64,000 nucleotides of DNA from Heptranchias perlo (lineage: Eukaryota): NCBI RefSeq assembly GCF_035084215.1, contig NC_090357.1, forward strand, positions 9,610,001 through 9,674,000, written 5' to 3'. Under the pieces are notes generated by a model that saw only the letters and a program-made list of their open reading frames with translations, did not search any database and was not told where the DNA came from. The position numbers and the translations under genes were made by a program. Of this stretch, positions 38,879 to 49,168 are shown piece after piece (within the stretch, counting starts at the first letter, position 1; the number at the start of each line of letters is the position of its first letter).

Positions 38879-39128
38879 AACCTAGATGAATGTAAGGAAT
38901 CTTACAACACCAGGTTATAGTCCAACTGTTTTATTTGAAAATCACAAGCTTTCGGAGGCTTTCTCCTTCGTCAGGTGAGCGCACTCGCTCACCTGACGAA
39001 GGAGAAAGCCTCCGAAAGCTTGTGATTTTCAAATAAAACAGTTGGACTATAACCTGGTGTTGTAAGATTCCTTACATTTGTCAATCCCAGTCCATCACCG
39101 GCATCACCACATCAAACCTAGATGAATG
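38879..39128. mobile_element. Short Penelope-type insertion: perfect 93-bp inverted repeat with a minimal hammerhead ribozyme on each strand and a 14-bp flanking direct repeat
   Basis: Arms 38889-38981 and 38986-39078 are exact reverse complements. AACCTAGATGAATG occurs at 38879-38892 and 39115-39128. Confidence 0.85.
38989..39025 (+). ncRNA. Minimal type I hammerhead ribozyme motif (mirror copy on - strand at 38942-38978)
   Basis: TCAC-CTGACGA-A-GGAG(AAAGC)CTCC-GAAA-GC-TT-GTGA: intact core, stem II, palindromic stem III and a 4-bp stem I. Confidence 0.7.
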
Positions 39129-39790
39129 CAGTTACATGCTTGTAGGTAGGAACAACACAGAATACACCTATCATTTACAGGGAACGATACTGAAAGTGGT
39201 TGAGAGAGAAAAGGATATAGGTGATATTATGCACAGATCACTGAAGGTTCACAATCAATGCAGAGAAACTCTAGTCAAAGCAATCAGGGTATTGGGTTGG
39301 ATTAATAGAACCATTCAGTGCAAATCAAACCATTCTATCACGTCGTTGGTTAGACCGTATCTGGAGTACTGCACCCAGTTTTGGTCCCCTCACATGGTGG
39401 GTGATACAGTGGCCTTGGAAAAGGTGCAGAGGAGAGCTACAAGAATGGTTCCTAGCTGAAAGAACCTTAATTACTCAGATAGGTTTAAAGAGCTGGGTGT
39501 ATTTACTCTAGAGCAGCATAGACTTAGAGGCGACCTGATAGAGGTATATAAAATAATGAAAGGGCTAGATTGCTTGTCTATTGATAGATTATTTCAGTTT
39601 GATAGATTGGGGAGGACCAGGGGTCATGCATTTAAACTATGCAAAAGTACAAATAGGCTAGATGTTAGGCTATTCTTTTCCCAGAAAGTAGTGAACTTCT
39701 GGAATGCATTGCGCACTGGTGAGATGTGTGCTGACTCTCTGCCTTCAAGAGGGAGCTGGACCGGTTCTTGGCTGGGGCAGAGATTGTATC
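39120..39790 (+). mobile_element. Old CR1-class LINE 3' fragment (probably begins near 38850, interrupted by the palindromic insert)
   Basis: SLVRPYLEYCTQFWSPH, EKVQRRATRMVP, FFSQKVVNFWNAL. Confidence 0.88.
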
Positions 39791-40454
39791 ATGTAGAAGG
39801 TAAATAGATTAACAGATAACGTATGCATGGTCAATGTGATCTTCTGGACTGGTTTCGATCACCTGAAGGGGTCAAAGAGGAGTTTTCCAAAGGTGTTTTT
39901 CCCTTATTGGCCCTGGATTCTTTCCTGTTTTTTTGCCTCTCCCTGGAGATTACATGGCTATGGGGGGTAGGAAGTGTCTAATCATGATGCTCCAGCCATC
40001 AAGAGTGTGGGGCAGACTTGATGGACCAGCTGATCTTATCCTGCCTGTCATTTTCGTATGTTCATATCAATTCGTATCAACATCTCTGGGCTTGGGAAGA
40101 TGAAATGTCAGCCAGGATTTCAGGTTCTGACTCCTGTTGAAAAATGCATGTGTGTCAGGTAATAGCAACACTGGGCTTAGCTGTGGTTTCCCCATTTGTT
40201 GAATTGCCTGTTAAAGCTCCCTATCATACATCCATACCACAGCAGGAGCCAATGCTTTTAGGAGAGGATGGGAGAAATTTGGATCTGTAAGATGGCACAC
40301 CAAGCATGGGGAATGTGGGAGGAATGGAGATGCTAGGGTGGGGAATCGAAGGTATGATCAAAGAGAAGGGTTTTGAGATTTTGAAATTGGGGAGGGAGGT
40401 GTCAAGATGGATGGAACTGGGCAGAAATTTCCAGAGGGGCAGGAATGCATTGAC

Positions 40455-40915
40455 TGAGTGCCCCGTTCGCCCATTACCCCGTGCTTGCTGACCTACATTG
40501 GCTCCCAGTTTGGCAACACCTCAAATTTAAGATTCTCATCCTAGTGTTCAAATCCCTCCAGGGCCTCACCCCTCCCTATCTCTGTAACCTCCTCCAGCCC
40601 TACAACCCTTCAAGAACTCTGTGTGCCTCCAATTCTGGCTTCTTTTGCATCCCCGATTTCCATCGCCTCACCATTGGTGCCTGTGCCTTTAGCTGTCTAG
40701 GCACTAAGCTCTGTAATTCCCTCCTTAAACCTCTCCACCTCGCTACTTCTCTCCTCCTTTAAGATGCTCCTTAAAACCTATCTCCTTGACCATGCTTTTG
40801 GTCTCTTGTCCTAATATCTCTTTATGTGGCTCGGTATCAAATTTTGTCTGATAACACTCCTGTGAACCATCTTGGGACATTTTACTTTGTTAAATGCAAT
40901 ATGTAAGTGCAAGTT
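40455..40915 (+). mobile_element. L2-class LINE 3' fragment
   Basis: PITPVLADLHWLPV..KFKIL.LVFKSLQGLTPPYL, typical of the L2 C-terminus, and a TAAGTGCAAGTTGTTG tail. Confidence 0.85.
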
Positions 40916-40985
40916 GTTGTTGAGTGAATGGCCACTGATGGTAAAGGAGACGGTGCAAAGGTGCAAGAGGCAAGGAGAATTCTGG

Positions 40986-41227
40986 GGGGTAATTTTAAGC
41001 CCCAAGAATGGGTGGGTTGAGGGTGGGCGGGAGTTGAAAATAGTTGTTTTTTGGGTCGCGACCGCAACCCAGCTCCACTTCCGGGATTAATGTGGGCGCG
41101 TAAAGTACAGGCTTCCCACTGGGAAAGCAAAGTCTGAAAATTTTGCGGTTGCGAACCAAAAAAACCCAACTATTTTCAACTCCCTCCCGTCCCCAACCCA
41201 CCTGTTCTTGGTGGTTAAAATTACCTC
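40986..41227. mobile_element. MITE-like foldback element with about 95-bp imperfect terminal inverted repeats
   Basis: GGGGTAATTTTAAGCCCCAAGAA... versus ...TTCTTGGTGGTTAAAATTACCTC. Confidence 0.8.
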
Positions 41228-42290
41228 GCTGGTGTTAGAAGAGCAGAGAGTGTGTGCAGGGATCTAAGGAACAAAGAGGTCACTAAGGTAGGATGGGGCA
41301 GGGCCATGGAGAGATTTGAATACAAGGACGAGGAGTTTGAAATTGACACGCTGAGGCAAAAGGAGTCAGCGGCACTTAGAGAGGACGGGAGTACCTAGAA
41401 TGCCTCATGCATTGAAGATACATCATTAAACCCTATCTTTAACACATCTATGATTCCATGATCAATATGGTTGCTAAATGCCAAACACATCATTAATGTG
41501 TCCAAATACTGTATTTGCCTGGAAACTATCCCAACTGTTCTGTGAGCCAATTTTGTCTCCAATTGAAATTCTGTTGGCTCCAGATACTAAATGGGTGATT
41601 GATTTTGTGACTTACTTCTGGTGCCGTCTTTAATGAGGCTTTCCTACATGTCAGGAAAAATGGTGTCACAGCAACGTTGCCAGCGACCCACAGGAAAATA
41701 CTTTCTTTGCCTTACATACTTCAATTGGCATAATAATAATACCGTATAAATTTGGCAAGTTGACAGACTACTGATAAGGAGAATTAAGTCTATATATCAG
41801 GGCATGGAGAAAGATATAGGGGTAGAGAGAGAACAAATGTAGCAAAAAGAATATAAAAATGGAACTTCTTATACGAAACAATAATGACCCCATAAGGCAG
41901 GAGTAGGTACCAAACCAATAATGCTGTGGTCCATCTGCAGAAGCCTAGAATCTAGAACATAGGAGACCATTCAGCCCACAGTGCCTTAAGTAATGCCAGC
42001 TCTTCAACAGGAGCTGCCTACTCTAATCGAATTTCCCTGCCCCTTTTCCAGTTATTCAGTTACGTGAGGCACTGAATTTGAATCTATGGAGAGGCGCAGG
42101 TCACAAGTGACTTAAAGGCATATGTGGGGTAATCTACACTATACACCTATCTGTATGCGTGTGATTACACATTGCTCTGTTGTATCTTTGTTTAATTTGA
42201 AAAATATAATAAAACTTGGTTAACAAAAAATAAACTTTGAACTGTATTTCTATTTAACATCACTGTGTATAAAATAATTATTTTCTCCAG

Positions 42291-42721
42291 TATTTGAAAG
42301 GGAGCCGCATGTTTATCCTGTGCACCAACCAGAATTGAACCCCCCTCATACCAAAACAATCCCAAAGAGCAGGTACATGCTGGATTATGTGGACCCTGCA
42401 CTCCTATTGAAACCTCACTCAGTGGATACAGTGGAGAACAATCAGTTACAATATTGCGGACCCCCTGCTCCATCAGGTACGGACGTGGCTGCAGAGCACT
42501 ATCAGTTATGTGGCTCCTACATCCCTCTAAAACCTTCCTCACCGACAGACTCAGCTACAGTGAAGAACAATCAATCAGAATATCCAGGATTTTGTGGCTA
42601 TCACATTCCTACAAAAGATCCTTTAGGACAGTGCACAGCTGAATTTTGTGGACCCTGCAAGCCTACAATAGCTCCTTCAGGACCAGGCTTGGCTTCGTGT
42701 TGTGGATCTTGCATTCCCTGA
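42291..42721 (+). CDS. CFAP68: CFAP68 last coding exon with long C-terminal extension
   Basis: ttttctccag|TA acceptor. FEREPHVYPVHQPELNPPHTKTIPKSRYMLDY resembles human FKREPHWFPGHQPELDPP..KSTYMNSY. AATAAA at 42849-42854. Confidence 0.9.
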
Positions 42722-44469
42722 GTGGCAGACTTGGCCACAGTGAAGAATAATCAGTGAAGAACCAAAGTGATGAAAACTGCAAGAGAAAAAAAAAGACAGC
42801 CAAACTTTCTGTTGTTTTTTTTAAATGAGTAGACTGAAATGGCTCATTAATAAATAGGGAATGTTATACCTGAAGTGCTGAGTTATGAGATTTATTTAAT
42901 GTGTAAACAATCTATGACTCAGCCCATGACTAACTTTCAGAAACCAGTTATAACTGTATATAGAAATGATGTGGAGTGATGGAATGTGGGATACGATCCA
43001 CTGAGTGGTGTCAGAATGCTGAACCCATGAGCCGAAACGATGACTTAAATAATCTGCAACAGGAGTGGAGTAGTTCATAAATTCCATGCTTCAAAGATAC
43101 TCGCATTTCTATCACTTGTGTTCCTGTAGGAATGTAATAAATGGAATCATAATCGCTTGCAAACCTACATAAAACATAGGAGGTTTACCATTACTACCTG
43201 GTTGAGTATTTGGTCATTCTGTTTGTTGAATGATTGCTTTTTTAAGTAAAGTTCTGATGTTAGAATAATCAAAGGCTAACAATTGACTTGATTTCTGCTG
43301 AGAATGTTATAGAGCACACCAGAAACAGTGTGCTTGTTTAGGGCTAAATTCCCTTTTTCAAAGATTGATGCTATAATTTATTTGGTGAATTTTGACAAAG
43401 TGTTTGCAGTTTTACAGTGAGGATAACTGAAGGTTGTGAATTATTTTGTCAGTGCTAAACCTACAAATCGTTAAAATTGACTTGTGCATTTTTGTCATGG
43501 TTGTGATAAGATAGGAATGACAAACTATTGAATAATATTGTCTTGAAATTTTTTAACACTGTATTGACTGTTTTAACTTTAGCTCAGCACTGTTGCTTCA
43601 CCATATTTCCTCCTTCAGCTGGGAGGCTGGGTGATCTAAGGCAATGAATTTGTTCACTACCATGCTGTGTCTGACCTATTGGCAGGGGCAGGGGAGACAG
43701 GGAAAGAGTCCATTACATGTATGGGAACACACAGCGGAGACAATAAAACATTGAGAAGTTGAGCTGACTACACTCACAAAATATAGTGATTTCTCTTCTA
43801 TATAACTAAAACTGAATGCTGGAAATCTGAAATAAGAACAGAAAATATTGTCGAACGGTCATCATCTGAAAAGCTAGAAGGTAGGTTAACATTTCAGGTT
43901 AAGACTTGCACATTCTTACACCTGAAAGCACAGATTATACGCCTTTAGTTTTTTCCTCTGACTTCAGGCATCAATTCTCATTTTCTATCTCCGACTGCAC
44001 ACAACTATGTTCTACATTTCCAATGGCCTCTTTGCCAACACTCACAAACCCTGATGTGATACCAACTAATCATTACAATCAGAAGGAATTACATGCCTCC
44101 TACTCTTATTAAAAGGTTCTCAGTCAGAACACTATCTCACTTTTAAGACAACTGGACTTTGGCTTCTGATTTCGCTGTGAAATTTGATGTTACGGAATAG
44201 AACATTCACTATAGTACATATCGAGCTATAATATGCAAAATAGTCAGCTCCGAAAATAACATAAAAGCAAGTTATTATGCACAACTAAATACATCTCACA
44301 GTGAATTACAAGAGTCTGGTAGGTTCTTCATTGGTTTGAGTCCAGTATGCCTATTAATAGCTACATCTCTTACTGACTAAATGCACCCATGCAATTCATC
44401 TGTTAGTATATGTGTTGTTCTTATAAGCATTGATGGGACACTAATAAATGATCACAGAGATAATCATAT

Positions 44470-45043
44470 AAAGGTTACAGCACGGAAGGAGGCCATTCGG
44501 TCGATCGAGTCCGTGCAGGCTCTTTGCAAGAGCAATCCAGCTAGTCCCACTCCCCCGCTCCATCCCCGTATCCCTGCGCATTTTATCCAGTTCCCTTTTG
44601 AAGGCCATGATTGAATTTGCCTCCACCACCCCCCCGGCAATGCATTCCAGATTCTAATCACTCACTGCATAAAAAAGTTTTTCCTCATGTCACCTTTGGT
44701 TCTTTTGCCAATCACCTTAAATCTATGTCCTCTGGTTCCTGACCCTCCTGCCAATGGAACAGTCTCTCTCCATCCATTCTGTCTAGACCCTTCATGATTT
44801 TAGATATCTCTATCAAATCTCCTCTCAACCTTCTCCGCTCCAAGGAGAACAACCCCAGCCCCTCCAGTCTATCCTCATAACTAAAGTCCCTCATCCCTGG
44901 AATCATTCCAGCAAACCCCCTCCGCACCCCCTCCAAGGCCTTCACATCCCTCCCAAAGTGCGGTATCCAGAACTGGACATTATACTCCAGTCATGGCCAA
45001 ACCAGTGCTCTATAAAGGTTCATCATGACATCCTTGCTTTTGT
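44470..45043 (-). mobile_element. CR1-class LINE 3' fragment
   Basis: ORF 44712-44945 (LGLFSLERRRLRGDLIEI) plus CR1 3' UTR. Confidence 0.9.
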
Positions 45044-45084
45044 ATAGAAACCACAGCTTTGCTCAGAGGAAAATAGGATTGGTG

Positions 45085-45719
45085 TGAAGACTCGAGAGCT
45101 GGACCCTCTCTGCCTCAAGGTGGGGAATGTAAGGAAATATAGTTTTCACACAAATATATGAGGAATTTAAAGGGTTAGACTTAACGGGATTGTGGGTGAT
45201 GAACAACAAGAACCAGCCTTAGTGCAGTAATACTCGTGGTTAAAAACAAACAATCATGCTATCTGAGGCAAAAACAGTGAAACAAAAGATGGGCCTGTAT
45301 GTCCGAACATGTCGCTAAGCAACTACGTTCTAGAATCAAGGAAGAATGATTGATGGGCTCCTAAAATTGATGATAAGGAACCATCTATAAGTGGTTTAAG
45401 TTTGCTGCAGTGAAAAGGGGGGCTAGGGGTTAACTCAGGGTATATGTAGCCAGCCCCTACTCAGACTCAGGACAGAGGACAAAAAAAAAGTACCAAGCAG
45501 GTAAACGAGAACGAGAGTACGTGCATGAAGGAACGGGGAACGAGGTCGCGGCTTCTACCCAAAGGACAACGGGGTAATATAATTCTCAATTGTACTTTGT
45601 AAACTACTGCTTAAATACTGTAAGGTATTGATTCTTACTTGTGCTAAATAAACTCATATGACTATTAACCATTGTGGTGTCAGTCTCGAACATTGAACAG
45701 AGAGTCAAAATTGACTACA
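45085..45719 (+). mobile_element. Probable solo LTR (635 bp)
   Basis: TG...CA ends (TGAAGAC / GACTACA), GGTG 4-bp duplication on both sides (45081-45084 and 45720-45723), TATA-like TATAT at 45441, and AATAAA at 45647-45652. Confidence 0.65.
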
Positions 45720-46210
45720 GGTGCCCTCACTATCCGGCAGCTAAGAAACGAAATCACCCGTCAATTATCAGGAGCCCACTCTATCTGAAATGCACTGTTC
45801 TGAGATAAAGCTGTGAAAACATAAAGGGGATATAAAGTGTGGTGGCAGTGGAAGCCCGAGATTACAAGTGTTAAGTGATCTCAAATGAAAAGCCTTTGCT
45901 CTGTTCTATGATGAACAATGTATATAAATGCAGTCAAATAATACAATTTAATTTTGCAATGTATTATTTACCATAGTACAAACCAGTAAAGACAGAGACA
46001 AATCAGAAAACCAGGAACTATGCAATGTGTTGTTCAAATAGTTGACTTTATTTAATTGAAAGTTTCACTAAGGCAGTAAAGATAAATGTTTATTGCAGGC
46101 TAACAGATTTTAAGGAATGTGTGATTATATAACAATACAAAAATGTTACATTTAAAGCAAAAGGCAATACTTTAATGGCTTGAAGTCATTTTGAAATGAA
46201 CAGAAAAGAT

Positions 46211-46414
46211 CTACTTTTTCTGAAGTCCAGTGACTTCAGGCTTTTCCTCTCGGGAGATGGGCACAGATCGCTCAGGGACATCAGCCATCTTACGGGGACC
46301 AGTGATTGTAAGCACTCCATCTGCAGACAGGGAGCAGGTGATCAGGGCTGGATCAACTCCTGCTGGGACCTTGTACTTCCGGTGAAATTCTCGAGAAACA
46401 TAGCCATGTTCATC
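46211..46414 (-). CDS. CRYAB: alphaB-crystallin exon 3
   Basis: ccgtag|[70 protein letters not shown]. PolyA signals at 46089-46094 and 46047-46052 (minus). Confidence 0.97.
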   Translation of the reverse strand, partial: DEHGYVSREFHRKYKVPAGVDPALITCSLSADGVLTITGPRKMADVPERSVPISREEKPEVTGLQKK

Positions 46415-47879
46415 CTACGGAATAAAAGAGTTAATCAAGTGAGTATTAAAAATGGTGGTCAGTCAATTCATTGAAGGATTTTCCAAAAAAAGTATTCCAT
46501 TTTCTTTTTTGACGATTTTTTAAAAAAATGGGTAAGGTGAAATTCCAGACAATCAAGTCTCTCAGCATTCGTGGGATTTCTCATCCGTGACTGGTATAGT
46601 CCTGAAAGTTTCTAGATGCTTCAAAATGCAATGTGAGGGCCACAAAACAGACCAAATAAAGTGTCACACGTGCTGCCTGGTCACTGAGAAAGTTATCTGG
46701 ACACAGCACCCATTGTGGCAACTACCTAGAAATGACCATAAACTTGAGATGTCTGAAACTACACTTAAATGCGGAGCTGTTAACAAAGCAAACTCAAGAA
46801 AGAAAACAAATACAGTCCATCCAGTTCAACCAGTGGTATAGATTCACATATAGAACCTATTTACTCTCCCGCTCTAACTTGAAGAAATGTGTTTTCTTCT
46901 GGCCTATGCCATAAAATGTACATCAACATTAGGAATCTCTAACTTGCAAGTGAAGAATACCTGACTAGAAATAACACTTAATAAAATGGGGGAAGATTTC
47001 CTCTATGCAGTATTTGTAACAAAACCATATACTCATTTGAGAACTGGTTTACGATTTTGTTACACACAGCACACAGAGGAAATATTGCCTTATAGAGACA
47101 TTTGGATAGTTTGAAGATTCAGAGACGTTTCTTATTAAGTTGAGAGGTGTAAATTCACTGATCCTACATTCCCAGCAGAAAATTATGCTTGAAGGGAGCG
47201 GGGTCAGAGAGAAGGCTACAACACTCGAGCTCTATTTCTTCAACTTGTGCTCCCTTTAAGTGAGACTCCCTAGTGGGAGTGTAGTAATTTACCGCAGAAT
47301 GTTTGTAATTGTCCTGTTTGTAATTGTACAGAAATAAATATTGTACACAAAATTATCATGGACTGATGTGTGCTGTCATCTTAGATACTAGGCATACTGG
47401 TTGCTGCTTGTATACAGGAATTGTGGGCTTGCAATTCAGAAATGTTTAACAGCAACACCCTTTCAAATGGATAAATATTTTTTGCAACATTTCGAAGTTC
47501 TCAAATCGGTATGAATACATTTTCACAGTGTATAAATTGGTGAATGACTGTTGGGAAAAGGGAAAATCAATCTTGTAACACCACAGAATACCTCGCCCAA
47601 ACTGCATATACGTCCAGGGCCAATATCATATTCAACTGTAAGAGGTTTGGTTTCAAGTCAACCTGCCTCAGTGTTGAGACTGCTGAGTGCACCAGGCACA
47701 TTATCCCCAAAAAACCCAATTATTTATAAAATCAGTATGTACAACTCTCAATGACTCAGCAACTTTTGCTGACATAAGAATGTTAACTAACAAAAGTGGC
47801 TGTAAAGTGCTTTGGAAGGTTTTGAAGATATGAAAGGTGCTATATAAATGCAAGTTTACACAGATCAGGAAGATCGCTA

Positions 47880-48150
47880 CTTTGATCCTCACTGCATTGA
47901 GTTAGCTGACGTCAGCCAGGGCAGTGAAAGGCTCTCCACAATTGGCCTCAGCACCTTTGGGTAAGGGATAAGAAAACTGACAGGGTTCCTGCTCCTGATC
48001 TCTACCCAATGACACCTGCTGGAAGTGTACATCTGTGGAAAATTGAGTGAAGACAGGATTAGGCTCAGCTGTGATGCCAACAGTAGTCAAATAACTTGCA
48101 AGATAATCACTACAGTGGCTCACGCTTGCAGAAATGGTCATCTGGGTGGA
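47880..48150 (+). mobile_element. Second SINE family (AmnSINE2-like by recall)
   Basis: TGAGTTAGCTGA.GTCAGCCAGGGC...CAATTGGCCTCAGCACC...GGGTTCCTGCTCCTGATC. Related copies at about 3390-3695, 35840-36690, 40085-40280, 53265-53600 and 58175-58520. Confidence 0.65.
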
Positions 48151-49045
48151 ATTCAGTCATGAAATATCAGATATTAAGGTTCATACTACACTGTCATGAT
48201 TTCTGATGTTATCTAAAGTTCTTGATTACATTAGCCTTGTAACTGAGCTCCAGGAACGATTCTATATTTAATTTTACACAGCAAGTGCATGTGATGGCTT
48301 AGTTCAGCATAAAAGAGTGCTGTATTGCTGTATTTCAGTGGAGGGAAAAGATTCCAGTTCTCAATTTAGACTGGCCTATACTGGGGTATCTGTAGACTTG
48401 TGACAGGGAGCCAGTTAAATTTATTAAAAGAATTTTTAGCAGGCATTATATTTACCCAAAATGTGAACAGTGGCTTGTTGAACACCAATGCTGATATACG
48501 TCTGTGTTTTTTGTGATGGCTGTGCAAATTCAGAAAGCTTCACAACTGAATAAGAACACTTTAAAGTGCTGTAAAAGCAGTTGGCATTCCTCCAGTGGCC
48601 TGAAAGCAGATCAGTTTAATATTTCTTTGCACCAATACAAAGGTAAACAAAGTGGGTAAGTTGGGTGGAATCATTCCATCAATAAAAAATTTATTCTGAG
48701 GAATTGCAAAACTTTTTCTCCTCTTCAAAACTGTATGGGCCTGATTTGATGTGTGTTGCCTCAACTAATTTTGAAATCTGGTTATAGCTCTAGTTTCAAA
48801 TCTTGATAGGAGGTGAGACTTTAAACCACCAGCCACAGAAGTTTCAGCTCCCAGCCAAATTAGAACCTTGTGAAGGAGTTGGCATGTAATTTATCTCCCT
48901 CTCACCCAATGTGTGACTCCTACAATTTATATCCAAACCAGCATTTGCACGGAGTACTGTGCAGTCTCCCAGCTGACGAAAGTGACTGTAAACAGAGGGC
49001 AAGTCTAAGATGGAATAAAAATAGGAGTAAAAATATAAAATGTAC

Positions 49046-49168
49046 CTGACGTTCTTCATGTTGAGCTTGGACTTCAATAAATTCGCCCAGAATTTTGACT
49101 CGGAGTTCTTCAGGAGTGAAATGTTTAACATCAAGGTGAATTGCAAATTTATCCTTGTCCAGTCTCAA
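49046..49168 (-). CDS. CRYAB: alphaB-crystallin exon 2
   Basis: ctttcag|TTG...CAG|gtacat, 123 nt. [41 protein letters not shown]. Confidence 0.97.

Noticed and set aside
42719-42860. Selenoprotein interpretation of in-frame UGAs after the Cys-rich CFAP68 tail
   Set aside because: The UGAs align with Ser (TCA), not Cys, in the repeat unit, and I see no convincing SECIS before the polyA signal.
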